The notes below the pieces were generated by a model. It was not told the DNA's origin. It saw only the letters and a program-made list of their open reading frames with translations, and searched no databases. The position numbers were made by a program, and so were the translations under genes. From the NCBI GenBank assembly GCA_963836075.1, contig CAWIIB010000009.1:1632001-1696000 (forward strand): 64,000 nucleotides of DNA. Direction: 5' to 3'. Position 1 is the first letter of the stretch, and every line of letters starts with the position of its first letter. Origin of the DNA: an uncultured Acidobacteriota bacterium. Its GTDB lineage: Bacteria; Acidobacteriota; JAQAZP01. This document shows positions 41,707 through 52,552 of this stretch, one piece after another.

Positions 41707-43843
41707 GTGAAACGCTTCGGATCAGCACTGATGATCATACTGGTCTGCATGGTGGTGCCCACCGCCCGGGCGGGGGACATCAGCGGGAGTGCCCGGGTCT
41801 ATACCGGCACCTCGGTGCGCGACGACGGGGAGAACGACGTCCTTTCCCAGGACTATTCGCTGCGCTGGATGCAGCCGCTCACGCCCTGGATCACTCTTTT
41901 TGTCTCCTACCTCGACAGCAGCTTCAAGTCCGAGGATCAGGACGGGATCGATTTCCAGCGGCTGATCCGGGAAGCGGCGGCCCAGCTGGTCTATACCCGG
42001 GGAACCTTCTCGGCCCAGGTGGGGGCCCAGGACCGCCGGACTTCCGGAACCAGCGCCGCCGACAACTTCCAGGCCCGCTCGATCTACGGGCAGGCCGCCT
42101 GGAACCCGCTGCGGGGGCCCACCGTGTCGTTGAGAGTCCGGGACGCCCAGAACGAAGCCGATACGGCGGTGTACGGCCGTTCGGTGAACAGTCTCAATCT
42201 CGATTTCGACGTGGACTACAGCCGGGATACCTGGTCCACCCATTACACCTACCAGGACTTCACCCTGGAAAACCTGGACAACGGCTACACGCTGGACCAG
42301 AGCCGTCACATACTCCGCGGGCTGTTTTCCGACCAGTATGCCGGCGGCCGGATCGCGCTCAGCGGCGACGTGCAGGTCGGCCGCGACGAGCAGGTGGAGA
42401 CCGCCGCGGAAGGCGCCGACATCGCCGAACCGCTGGATATCAGGCAGATTCTCTTCGCCCTCGACATCACACCGGAACTGGGTGAGCTGGAGCCGGCGCC
42501 GACCCTCGGTCTCGGGCAGCCCGGCTCACCGGCGCGGCTGTCGATCCAGGTGGGCGGGGCCAACCTCTACCGCAACGTGGGCCTCGACCTCGGCTTCACC
42601 CGGCAGGTATCCCGGATCGAAGTCCACGTGGACGGCGTCTCCGACCCCGGCCTGCTCTGGCAGGTCTTCCAGAGCTCGGACAATCTCAACTGGGAATCTG
42701 TGTTCGTGAGCAGTACCGGTCTACGAGCCGGAATTCGACCGCTACACCATCCGCTTCCCCGAAATCGTGAACCGCTACTTCAAGGTGGTGAACGTTTCGC
42801 TGAACAAAGGCGAGGACGTGGTGGTGACCGGTATCCGCGCACTGGTCGATGTGGAGCAGTTCGGCAGGCGGGAACGCCGATCCACCACCCTTCGCGGGTA
42901 TTTCCAGGCCCGTTTCCAGCCCTGGGAGCGGCTCAGTGCCACGGTCAATCTCGGCTACAGCGGGGACAGTGGAAGCGCCGAAGGCCTGCCGCTGCGCGAC
43001 GTGCGGGATTTTTCCTTCGACACCCTGGTCCAGTGGGACTTCGCCGACACTCTGGGCCTGCGGCTGCACTACTTTTTCGGCGATCACCTGCGGGACGAGG
43101 AGCCGGTGCTCCACCGCCAGGAGGAACGCATCAGCGCCTCGCTGGTCTGGGACCCGCTGGAAACCGTGGACGGCCTGCTCTCCGCGTCGCGGCGCGAGGA
43201 GACCCAGGACGGGACGCTGCTGCGGCGCACCGACCTGGTGACGGCCCGGGCGATTACCGAGCTCTACCCCGACCTGCGGCTCACGTCGGAAGTAAGCCGC
43301 TCCGTGTCCGATGACAAATTCTCCGGCTACGACCTGGCCAGCTGGAACTGGCGTGAGACCATGGAGAGCCGCCCCACGAGCAACTGGATTTTAAGTGGAG
43401 GATTCTCCCAGACTTGGTATGATGCTACCGGGCGGATATCCATTTCCCAGCGGACCAGCGTCAATGCCAGGACGGACATTGTGGTCAATGCCTGGTTCAC
43501 CTGCGGCGGGGACTGGGTTTTTGGCAGGGAGGACGAACGGAACAATTTCACCCAGCGCTACCACGCCGCCTGGACCCCGGGCCGCCGGATTTCGTTCAAC
43601 GGGTCCTACATCTCCACCAGCACGGCGGGCGGGTTCAGTACCAGCGGCGCCACGGCGAACGTCAATTACAAGGTCAATACCTATCTCAACCTGTATGCCA
43701 GCTACAGTCAATCCGCCTACTTGCGTTCTTTCAACATCCCGGATATCCCGGAAGGCGGGTCGCCAGTTCTCGATGAACTGCTGGACCGGTTAACGAAGAG
43801 TGAACAGTATTCGGCGCAGGTGGGGCTGATCCTCGCCTTTTAA
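41707..43843 (+). CDS. Large outer-membrane beta-barrel-like protein of the omcS-companion cluster; +1 frameshift near 42718
   Basis: Signal peptide from GTG 41707, alternating aromatic/polar beta-strands and a C-terminal Phe (AQVGLILAF). ORFs 41530..43314 and 42767..43843 join as SST-VYEPEFDRY. Confidence 0.75.
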
Positions 43844-43855
43844 TGGAGAGACCAG

Positions 43856-44428
43856 ATGAAAAAGAGGACAGCGGCAACGATGGTTCTCCTGCTGGGGGCC
43901 CTGATCCTGGCCGGGTGCGGCGGGATGCGGGCCACACGGTTCATCAACCCGGATTTCAGTTTCGCTTACGTGGAGAGGGTGGCGGTCCTGCCCTTCGAGA
44001 ATTTCGCCACCGAACCGGAGGCCGGAGTCCGGGCCACGCGCCTCTTCATCACCGAATTGCTGGCCGCCGGGGCAGTGGACGTGGTGGAACCGGGGGAGGT
44101 CAACGCCGCGCTCAACCGGCTGGCCGGACTGGCCACGCCGCCGAGCAGCGAGCACATCATCGCCCTGGGAAAGAGCCTCAAGGTCCAGGCGGTGATCATG
44201 GGCAGCGTCAACCAGTCGGAATCGGTTCGCTCGGGCACGGTGACCATTCCGGTGGTGACCCTCGACGCCCACATGGTGGAAACCGAGACCGGCTCCACCG
44301 TCTGGGCGGTGACCCACACCGAAAAGGGCGCCGGCATGGGGGCAAAATTCCTGGGAACGGCCAGCGAGCCGATCTCGGAAACCATGCGGCGCTGCGTGAA
44401 CAAAATCGTCCAGAAGCTTGTGGGGTAA
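43856..44428 (+). CDS. Lipoprotein with CsgG/LpoB-like (TolB-N-like) fold
   Basis: Lipobox LAG-C; RVAVLPFEN...LGKSLKVQAVIMGSV...VETETGSTVW. Confidence 0.8.
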   Translation: MKKRTAATMVLLLGALILAGCGGMRATRFINPDFSFAYVERVAVLPFENFATEPEAGVRATRLFITELLAAGAVDVVEPGEVNAALNRLAGLATPPSSEHIIALGKSLKVQAVIMGSVNQSESVRSGTVTIPVVTLDAHMVETETGSTVWAVTHTEKGAGMGAKFLGTASEPISETMRRCVNKIVQKLVG

Positions 44429-44454
44429 TCTCTCGCGGGGCGTGGAGTTTTGGG

Positions 44455-45579
44455 ATGGGACAGCGGACGGGCAGCAAAGAGACGTTGCGGGGAGGCGGAC
44501 ACGGCCTGTCACCTGCCCGGCGGGTGTGCCGCCTGCTGGGCATGGTGCTGCTGGCCGGGTCTGCGCTCTGCTACTGCCCGCCGGTTTTCGGGGCCCGGAT
44601 GGCCCTGCTGCCGGTGCGCGATTTCACCGGTGACCCGGTCTCCGTGGCGGTCCTCAAGCAGGCGTTGTGGGCCGAACTGTCCACGGAGTTCGAACTGGCG
44701 GACAGCCAGCTGCTCCGTGACGCCCTGCGGCGCTGGCGGATTCGTGATGCCCGGTCGGTAACGCCGGAGCTGCTGGGCCGGGTGGCCGACGAGCTGGACG
44801 TGGAGTTGTTTTTTTCCGTCACCCTCCACCGCTGCGACCTGGAGCCCATACCGATGGTTACCATTTCCGGCCAGGTGATGCACCGCGGCGAGCCGCAACT
44901 TGTCTGGGCCGGTTTCCAGTCGCTCAGCGGACTGGACGAGGTGGGCCTGCTGGGCCGGGGGTGGGTGGGCGACCTGGACGCCCTGGAGCAGAAGGCCGCG
45001 GCCCGGCTGACCGGAAGTTTCACCCGGCGGGCGGAGCCGCACGAGGGATCCCCGCGCCCGGCATCGAGGGTCTTCCGGCGTGAGGCGCTGGACATCGGTT
45101 CGGCCGGCACCATCGCGGTGCTGCCCTTTGAGGGCACCACCGGCGTCGGCGCCACCAACGCCGGCCTGATGATCACCGACCTGGCCTATGCCGTGCTGTG
45201 GCACGGCGGTGCGTCCCTGGCCCTTCCGGGGGCGGTGGACGACGTGCTGGGGCAGGCCGGTGTGGGGCTGCGGGGCGGGATCAACGACCTGACCCGCTCG
45301 AGCCTGCTGGAAGGGCTGGATGCCGGCCTGCTCTTCACCGGTACGGTGGAAACTTTTGAATTCATCCGGACAGGCCTCGAGCCGGAACCGGCAGTAGCGC
45401 TGGCCGTAAGGCTGATCGAAACCCGAACCGGCCGGCTGCTCGCCTTTGGCGGGGCGGAACGGCAAGGCTGGGACCGGCAGCGACTCTTCGGGCGGGGCCG
45501 GGTCTATTCCCCGGAACGCCTGGCCCAATTGATCATGGAATCCCTGGTCGCCGACCTGGGTGAAAAGGGCGGCTACTGA
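44455..45579 (+). CDS. Exported protein with two tandem CsgG/LpoB-like domains
   Basis: RMALLPVRDF... and IAVLPFEG...RLIETRTGRLL. Only the 3' part of ORF 43843..45579 is taken as real. Confidence 0.7.
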   Translation: MGQRTGSKETLRGGGHGLSPARRVCRLLGMVLLAGSALCYCPPVFGARMALLPVRDFTGDPVSVAVLKQALWAELSTEFELADSQLLRDALRRWRIRDARSVTPELLGRVADELDVELFFSVTLHRCDLEPIPMVTISGQVMHRGEPQLVWAGFQSLSGLDEVGLLGRGWVGDLDALEQKAAARLTGSFTRRAEPHEGSPRPASRVFRREALDIGSAGTIAVLPFEGTTGVGATNAGLMITDLAYAVLWHGGASLALPGAVDDVLGQAGVGLRGGINDLTRSSLLEGLDAGLLFTGTVETFEFIRTGLEPEPAVALAVRLIETRTGRLLAFGGAERQGWDRQRLFGRGRVYSPERLAQLIMESLVADLGEKGGY

Positions 45580-45598
45580 CCGCCTGGAGGACGCATTG

Positions 45599-47467
45599 AT
45601 GAACTGCCTGGGAAACCGACCCCTCTTCTGCTGTCTTGCGATCCTGCTCCTGCTCGCCGCCTGTGGCGGCCAGGAGACGGCACCCCGGGTGGAATCACCC
45701 GAAAGACCCGCGGCGACGGCAGCCGCCGGGAAAGACCAGCCGGCCCCGCCGGCCCCCACCGGCCTGCTGGCTGCCGCTCCGCAGACCGCGGCCGCGGACC
45801 CGGAAGTGGATGAGCCGGCCGCAGCGGCGGTGATCACCGGAAGCCGGCCTGAATTCGTGGCCACGGTGAATGGCGAGGACGTGCCCTTCGTCTATCTCGA
45901 GCAGCGGCTGGCCACGATGCACAGCGGCCAGATGGAGGACCGGCGGAGCGCCTTTGATATCGACCGGCTGATGTTCAAGGTGGTCAACGATATCCTGCTG
46001 GCCCAGGAAGCGCGGGCCGTGGGCATGGACCAGGAGGAGCCGATCAAAGGGCAGGTGGACCGCTACCGCGAGGACCTGGCCATCGCCGGCCTGGAACGGG
46101 ACCAGATCCATCTGAAAGCCAGGGCCAGCGAGGAGGAGATCCGCCGGGTTTTCGATGACCAGTACCGCCGGTTCACCCTGCGGGTGGTCACCGTGGATGA
46201 GGAGGAGGTGGCCCTGGAACTGCTGGAGCAGATCCGGGCCGGCGCGGACATGGCTGCGCTGGCCGTGGAGCGTTCGGTGGACCCCTATTCCGGGAAAGGC
46301 GGGATAGTGGAGGGCGTGGCCCGCCGCGACCTGGCCGCCGAGGTGGGCGCGCTGGCCTCGACCCTCGAGCCGGGCGGGCTGGGCGGGCCGGTGAGCACCG
46401 ACCTCGGCTACTCGGTGATCCGTCTGGAAGCCGTCGAGGCGCCCGACGAGGAGAAATTCCAGTCGGCCCGCCGCCAGGTGGCCGGAATCGTGGAACTGGA
46501 GAAGAAGAAGGCGCTGCGGGCCGCCCTGGCCCAGCGGGTGCAGCAGACCCACCCGGTACAGCTGGAGCACGAGCGGATCCAGACCATCGAGCCGGAGCGG
46601 CTCTCCGACGGCCGGCTGGTGCCGGTTACCGGGGACCGGGGGGACGTTGTGGTGATGGTGGGGGACAGCATGGTCATCACGGCCGGCGAGTATGGCGACG
46701 CGTTGCTCCTGCGCTGGAGCGGCGTGCGCAGCGAGGACGCGGCCCGGGCCTCCGCCCCGATCATCCTCAACAAGGTGATCGAGAAGAAACTGCTGCTGGC
46801 CGAAGCCTTTTCCGCCGGCTACGCCGCGCGCCCCGAGGTGGAGGAGCGGGTCAGGGTCCACGAGACCCAGCTGCTGGTCAACCGCTACCTGGAGAAGGTG
46901 GTGGCCGCTGACATCAAGGTCACCGCCGCGGAAATGCAGACCGCCTACGAGGAGAACCTTCAGCGGCTGAACCGGCCGCCGCGGCTCAACCTGGGTCAGA
47001 TCACCGTGGCCGAAAAGGAGCAGGCCGACGAGATGGCCCGCCTGCTCCGCGAGGGCACCGACCTGGCCTGGCTGGCCGGCAAGCACTCCACCGACCGGTT
47101 TGCCGATGCGGGAGGCGTCCGGGGCTGGATGGTGCCCAGCCCGGGAGTTGACGAGGTCCAGGACCGGCTGATCGAGGCCCAGCCGGGTGACGTTTTAGAC
47201 CCGGTGGGCGGTCCGGGGAACTATTTCGTGCTCAAGGTGCTGGCCCGGGAGGAGCAGGGGAACTACGAACTGGCGGAGGTTTCGGGTAATATCCGGAACA
47301 TGGTCTTTAGCGAGAAGTTCAGGGTGGTCCTTGACGACTATCTGACCACCCTGCGCAGCCGGAGCGAGATCCGGCTCAACGAGGCGGCGCTCGCCTCGCT
47401 CAGCATCTCCGGGGCGGTGGATGAGGATCCGGCGGCCGGGGAGCAGGGAGGAGCACATGCACACTGA
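45599..47467 (+). CDS. SurA/PpiC-type peptidyl-prolyl isomerase lipoprotein chaperone with two parvulin domains
   Basis: Lipobox LAA-C, VATVNGE, GADMAALAVERSVD...KGG and GTDLAWLAGKHSTD...GGVRGW. Confidence 0.88.
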   Translation: MNCLGNRPLFCCLAILLLLAACGGQETAPRVESPERPAATAAAGKDQPAPPAPTGLLAAAPQTAAADPEVDEPAAAAVITGSRPEFVATVNGEDVPFVYLEQRLATMHSGQMEDRRSAFDIDRLMFKVVNDILLAQEARAVGMDQEEPIKGQVDRYREDLAIAGLERDQIHLKARASEEEIRRVFDDQYRRFTLRVVTVDEEEVALELLEQIRAGADMAALAVERSVDPYSGKGGIVEGVARRDLAAEVGALASTLEPGGLGGPVSTDLGYSVIRLEAVEAPDEEKFQSARRQVAGIVELEKKKALRAALAQRVQQTHPVQLEHERIQTIEPERLSDGRLVPVTGDRGDVVVMVGDSMVITAGEYGDALLLRWSGVRSEDAARASAPIILNKVIEKKLLLAEAFSAGYAARPEVEERVRVHETQLLVNRYLEKVVAADIKVTAAEMQTAYEENLQRLNRPPRLNLGQITVAEKEQADEMARLLREGTDLAWLAGKHSTDRFADAGGVRGWMVPSPGVDEVQDRLIEAQPGDVLDPVGGPGNYFVLKVLAREEQGNYELAEVSGNIRNMVFSEKFRVVLDDYLTTLRSRSEIRLNEAALASLSISGAVDEDPAAGEQGGAHAH

Positions 47468-49402
47468 TCCGGCAGCTCGGAGGTCGGCTCTACTGGCCCT
47501 GGCGGTCCTGGCGGTGGCGCTCCTCGGCTGGGCCCTGGACGCGGGCGCGCAGCTGCGCCGCGGCGGCAGGTTCGACAAGGGCGGCGGGTGCCTGGAGTGC
47601 CACGAGGACGTGGGCCAGGGCCTGAGGGTGGCCCACAGTCCGTTGAAGGAGGGGGAGTGCACCGCCTGCCACAAACCCCACGGGCTGGTGGGGGCGCTGC
47701 GGTTGCAGAAGGACGAACCGGATCTCTGCCTCGACTGTCACGACGAGGCGGCCATGCACCTGGAGAACACCACGGTCCACCCCGGCGTGGCGGACCGCTG
47801 CTCACTCTGCCACGATCCCCACGGGTCGAACCACGGGGCGATCCTCAAGACCGCCGAACGGGAACTGTGCCTCGAGTGCCACGAGGAGGCGGGGAAAGCC
47901 GGCGCCGTGCCCCACCCTCCGGCCGCCGAGGGCTGCAGTTCCTGCCACCTGCCGCACAGCAGTGTTGAAAAGGCCCTGCTCAGGCAACCGGTGGCCGAGG
48001 GCTGCGCCTTGTGCCACGAGGGTCAAGCCGCCGGGTATGCCGCTTCGCACAACGGCCTGTCGGTGGCCGGTTCGGACTGCACCGCCTGTCACCCGCCGCA
48101 CTCCGGCGCCAGCGAGCACCTGCTCCGTGCCTCGGTGCACTCGGAGATCAGTTGTGACCTCTGTCACGAAGGAGAACTGGCCGTTGCGCCTGCGGGCGGG
48201 TCCGACCTCTGTCTCGAGTGCCACGAGGCTCCGCAATCGGGGGGGCCGGGTCGGTCCATCCCCCGGCGGAGGCCGGGGACTGTCTCGATTGCCACGACCC
48301 CCACACCTCGGATCACGCGGTGCTGCTCCGTGCCGCAGAGCGCGAGCTCTGCTCCACCTGCCACGAGGAGGTGACGGCCATGCTCGACCTGGCCCATCCC
48401 CACGAGGCGGCCGAAGAATGCTCCAGCTGCCACGCCGGCCACCAGAGTGCCCACCGGCAGCTGTTGCTGGACGAGCCGCGGTCGCTCTGCACCCAGTGCC
48501 ACGACGACCCGGCGGAGTCGGGTGACGAGGTAATCCACCCGCCGCTGTTCGAGGAGTGCATCGACTGTCACGCGCCCCACGGGTCGGCCGTGGCCGGTAT
48601 GCTGGTGGCCGACCAGGATTCACTCTGCGGCGAGTGCCACACCGACGTGGGCACGCGGGCCGGCCTGCCGGTGGTCCACGAACCGGTGGCCGCCGGCAGC
48701 TGCTCCTCCTGCCACCTGCCCCACTCGGGTGGGAAACAGTTGCTGCTGGCCCAGGGCCGGGACCTCTGCGGGACCTGCCACGAGGCCACCCTGGCTGCGG
48801 CGGAGAGCCTGCCGCGGCACGATCCCTTCGACTCCGGCGAGTGCGATCTGTGCCACACGGCCCACGCCTCGTCGCTGCCCGGCCTGCTCACCGAGCCGCA
48901 GGCCGACCTCTGCGCCAACTGCCACGACGTGGAACTGGCCGCTCCCCTTGGCGGTTCGGCCCACGCGCCGGCTGCCCAGGGCCGCTGTGTCGACTGTCAC
49001 CAGCCGCACGCCAGCTCCATCGAGCCGTTCCTCAAGGCGCCGCAGAGCGCGCTCTGCGGCAGCTGTCACGAGGAGTTGGCCCAGCGGATGGCGGTGGCGG
49101 CCAATCACGACCCGGCCGCCGAGAGCGACGGCTGCACCACCTGCCACGGGGCCCATGTGGCGCGGCACCCCAGGCTGCTGAAGCAGCCGATGCCCGGGCT
49201 CTGCCTGGAGTGCCACGACGGCGAGGATGCGGATTTTGCCGCCAAACACCTCGGTCTGGCCGCCGGCTCCATGAACTGCACCGGTTGCCACGAACCCCAC
49301 GCCTCCAGTATTACCGGGATGCTCCTGCCCGAGCAGCACCCACCCTTCGCCGAGGGTGACTGTACCCTCTGTCATGAAGAGCCGAGCGGAGGTGCCCAGT
49401 GA
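47457..49402 (+). CDS. 26-heme periplasmic c-type cytochrome; frameshift at the G7 run 48239-48245
   Basis: Signal peptide; 10 CxxCH in ORF 47421..48374 and 16 in ORF 48218..49402, in paired CxxCHxPH...LCxxCH repeats. Confidence 0.88.
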
Positions 49403-50658
49403 ACACCTTTTACCCGATCATCTATCTGGCCCTGGCCCTGCTCATCCTCAGTGGCGGTGCCGGTTTTTCGCCCGGCCTGGCCAGTCCCGTGGACCAGGCG
49501 GAGGTCTGCCTGATGTGCCACGAGGACATCGCCGGCCTGCTCGATTCGCCGGTGGTCCACCCGCCGGCGGCGGAGAGCGAGTGCAGCGCCTGCCACAACC
49601 CGCACGTGTCGCGGTTCAGCGGCCTGCTCAACCAGAGTCCGGGCCCGCTCTGCGCCACCTGTCACCCCGAGATTGCCGGGGAGCTGGAGCGGCCGGTGAC
49701 CCACCAGCCGGCAGAGGAGGGCAAGTGTGTTGCCTGCCACCTGCCCCACGGCGGTGAACACCGGGCGCTGCTGCTCAAGCCGGGCCGCGAGCTCTGTGTG
49801 GAGTGCCACCAGGACGTGAACAGCTGGTCGGCCAGGCCGGTGCAGCACAAACCGTTCGCCGAGGGCCGCTGTTTCGACTGCCACGAAGCCCACGGTGCCG
49901 AGGGAGAGGGCCTGCTCTCCAGCCCCGGCGCGGACGTCTGTCTCACCTGCCATCCGGTGGACGGCCGGTTCAAGGCAGCCCACAAGGGCTACCCGGTGGA
50001 ACAGGCGGCCTGTCAGCAGTGTCATGACCCCCACGCTTCGGAGCGGCCCGGGCTCTTCCGCCAGATGCTCCACTCCCCCTTCGATGACGGGGACTGCGCG
50101 GTGTGCCACAGCGGTCCGGATTCGGACCGTCCCTTTGCCACCCTGATGCCCGAAGACCAGCTGTGCGGAGCCTGTCACGAGGAGGAGGTGGCGGCCTCGA
50201 TCCACCTCCCCTTCCCCCACGCTTCTCCCGGCGGGGCCGGCTGCACCGCCTGTCACAACCCGCACACCGCGGACGGTACGGGCCTGCTGCAGGACGACCA
50301 GCAGGGGCTCTGCCTCTCCTGTCACGATCCCGGCGGCTCGTCCTCGGGCCAGGCGGGACGCTACACCACGCACGGTGACGGTCTGGACTGCACCAGCTGC
50401 CACAGCCCCCACGGCGGGGAACGGCCGCTGCTCTTCACCGACGATCCGGTGCTGCTCTGCGCCGGGTGCCACGAGCACCAGCACGGCATCACCCACCCGC
50501 TGGGGGAGGGGACCCGCGACCCGCGCAACGGGACGCCCATGGACTGCCTCTCCTGCCACGGGATCCACGACTCCCCCCACCCCTTCTACCTGCACCGGTC
50601 CGGTGATCGGGACCTCTGCGTCTCGTGCCACAAGGACCTGGCCGGAGGCCGCAAATGA
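49399..50658 (+). CDS. 16-heme periplasmic c-type cytochrome
   Basis: Signal peptide and 16 CxxCH motifs (CLMCH through CVSCH) with the same paired repeat. Confidence 0.92.
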   Translation: MNTFYPIIYLALALLILSGGAGFSPGLASPVDQAEVCLMCHEDIAGLLDSPVVHPPAAESECSACHNPHVSRFSGLLNQSPGPLCATCHPEIAGELERPVTHQPAEEGKCVACHLPHGGEHRALLLKPGRELCVECHQDVNSWSARPVQHKPFAEGRCFDCHEAHGAEGEGLLSSPGADVCLTCHPVDGRFKAAHKGYPVEQAACQQCHDPHASERPGLFRQMLHSPFDDGDCAVCHSGPDSDRPFATLMPEDQLCGACHEEEVAASIHLPFPHASPGGAGCTACHNPHTADGTGLLQDDQQGLCLSCHDPGGSSSGQAGRYTTHGDGLDCTSCHSPHGGERPLLFTDDPVLLCAGCHEHQHGITHPLGEGTRDPRNGTPMDCLSCHGIHDSPHPFYLHRSGDRDLCVSCHKDLAGGRK

Positions 50659-51551
50659 GAAATCGACGCGAGACGATCCTGATCATCGTGGCGCTGCTGG
50701 CGGCCGGTTCCCTTGTCCCCGTTGCCGCGCAGTCCACCCTGGCCCCGGCGCTGGTCTGGCAGGGGGCGATCAATGGCGAGGAATCGTCCAGCCTCCGCTG
50801 GCCGGTGGCCGTGGCTTCAGCCGTAGCGGGTGAAGTGGCGGTTGTCGACGCCGGCACCCCGCGGCTGGTGGTTTTTCACCTGGTGGATGACCGGTGGGTG
50901 GCCCGGACCACGGTGCCGCTCCCCGCGCCTCCGGTGGGCCTGGCCGCCGCCGGCGGCCGCTACCTGCTCTCGCTGCGGGGGGAGGCCGGGCTGCTGGAGT
51001 TCGACCGGGAGAAGTGGACCTACCGGGTGGTGCCGCTGCCCTCCGGGACGGTTCCCGGGGCCCTGGCCGCCACGCCGGACAACGGCCTGCTGGTCTATGA
51101 CGATGCCCGCCAGCTGGTGCTGCGTCGAGCAGGCACGGGAAGTTTTTCCAGCGGTGTCCCGGTGCCCGGCCCGGTGCGGGCCCTGGCTGCCGGCCGGGGC
51201 GGTGACTTCTTCGCCGCCGTGCCGCACCAGGGCGTGGTGCTCCACTGCGGTGCCGACGGCGGTGAACTGGCCAGCTGGCCGGTTCCGGGTGTTGCCCCGT
51301 CCCCCTCCTGGCCGGTGGGTCTGGCCGTCATCAGCGGCGGCGATCTGCTGGTCCTGGACCGCACCGGCGGCCGGGTGGTGGTGCTCGACGCCCGGGGCGG
51401 GGCCCGGGGCGCCGGGTCGCGCAAGGGCTGGGATGCCGGCCTGCTGCGCTATCCCGCGGGGCTGGCCCTCGGCCCGGACGGCCTCCTCGCCGTGGCTGAC
51501 CAGGGCAACGGCCGGGTCCAGCTGTTCCGGGCGGTTGCTGAAGGAGAGTGA
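50655..51551 (+). CDS. Exported NHL-repeat beta-propeller protein
   Basis: Signal peptide; LRWPVAVA, WPVGLAV and LRYPAGLALGPDGLLAVADQGNGRVQLF repeats. Confidence 0.85.
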   Translation: MRNRRETILIIVALLAAGSLVPVAAQSTLAPALVWQGAINGEESSSLRWPVAVASAVAGEVAVVDAGTPRLVVFHLVDDRWVARTTVPLPAPPVGLAAAGGRYLLSLRGEAGLLEFDREKWTYRVVPLPSGTVPGALAATPDNGLLVYDDARQLVLRRAGTGSFSSGVPVPGPVRALAAGRGGDFFAAVPHQGVVLHCGADGGELASWPVPGVAPSPSWPVGLAVISGGDLLVLDRTGGRVVVLDARGGARGAGSRKGWDAGLLRYPAGLALGPDGLLAVADQGNGRVQLFRAVAEGE

Positions 51552-52540
51552 GCGGGATGAAGAAACTTCAGCGGCTGCTGCTGGCCGCATTGATCATCGT
51601 CTGCCCGGTTCTCTGCTCCTGCAGCGCCAGGGCCGAAGCCCGCCTGCCCTACCTCAAGCGGCTCTCCCTCCCCTCGGCCACCGACATCTTCAAATGGCCC
51701 TTCTCGGTGCACGCCGACCTGCACACCGGGGAGGTCTTTGTCTGCGACCAGCTGAACAACCGCATCGTGATTTTCGACAAGGACGGCCGCTACCGTTTCC
51801 AGATCCCCGGCGGCCGGGTCTTCCGCTCGCCGCTGGACGTGGCGGTCACCCCCGAGGGGTATATCGTCGTGCTCGGTTTTGTCGATGCCCGGCGCCAGCT
51901 GGTGCTGCTCGATTTCGACGGCAAACCGATGGCCGACCTGCCGCTCACCGGCCTGCCCGGGGGCCTGGCGGAGCCCACGTTCGTCTCCGTGGCCCTGTCC
52001 CCCGCGGGTGACCGGCTCTTTGTCCTCGACCAGGCAAACTACAGGCTCTGGATCGCCGGCCTCGACGGCCGGGTAACCGGGTCGGTGGAGTTCGTGGCCG
52101 GCATGTCCGAGGACGAAATCCGTGAGCTGTTCCTCGGCCACGTGGACGTTTACGGCGATACGGTGCTGGTCAGCATGCCCATCGAGGGCGAAGTGCGGCT
52201 GTTCGATCTGAACGGGAAGCCGCTGGGACGGGTGGGGACCAAGGGTACCTCGCCCTGCAATACCGCATTTCCCGTGGCCGCGGCCATGGACCGGGAGGGC
52301 AACGTGCTGGTGCTGGACCAGCAGCGGATGCTGACCATGCTCTGGAACCCCGACGGCAACCTCTGCCTCTACGAAACCGGCGGCGTGGGGGGGCGGCCCG
52401 GCGACCTCTACAAACCGGCCGACCTGGCCCTCGATGCCGAGGGGCGGGTCTACATCAGCCAGGGTTTCGAAGGCCGGGTCCAGGTTTTCGGCAAGGCCAC
52501 CCCGGCATCGGTACCCGAGGCGGCCGGGGACGGCAAGTGA
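51548..52540 (+). CDS. Exported NHL-repeat beta-propeller protein
   Basis: Signal peptide; VFVCDQLNNRIVIFD, FRSPLDVAV and LYKPADLALDAEGRVYISQGFEGRVQVF repeats. Confidence 0.88.
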   Translation: MSGMKKLQRLLLAALIIVCPVLCSCSARAEARLPYLKRLSLPSATDIFKWPFSVHADLHTGEVFVCDQLNNRIVIFDKDGRYRFQIPGGRVFRSPLDVAVTPEGYIVVLGFVDARRQLVLLDFDGKPMADLPLTGLPGGLAEPTFVSVALSPAGDRLFVLDQANYRLWIAGLDGRVTGSVEFVAGMSEDEIRELFLGHVDVYGDTVLVSMPIEGEVRLFDLNGKPLGRVGTKGTSPCNTAFPVAAAMDREGNVLVLDQQRMLTMLWNPDGNLCLYETGGVGGRPGDLYKPADLALDAEGRVYISQGFEGRVQVFGKATPASVPEAAGDGK

Positions 52541-52552
52541 CCGTCCGCCGAC

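Noticed and set aside
47457-50658. MtrA/DmsE-MtrB porin-cytochrome conduit
   Set aside because: The heme counts (26 and 16) and the neighbouring genes match an omcS-companion layout rather than a decaheme MtrAB pair.
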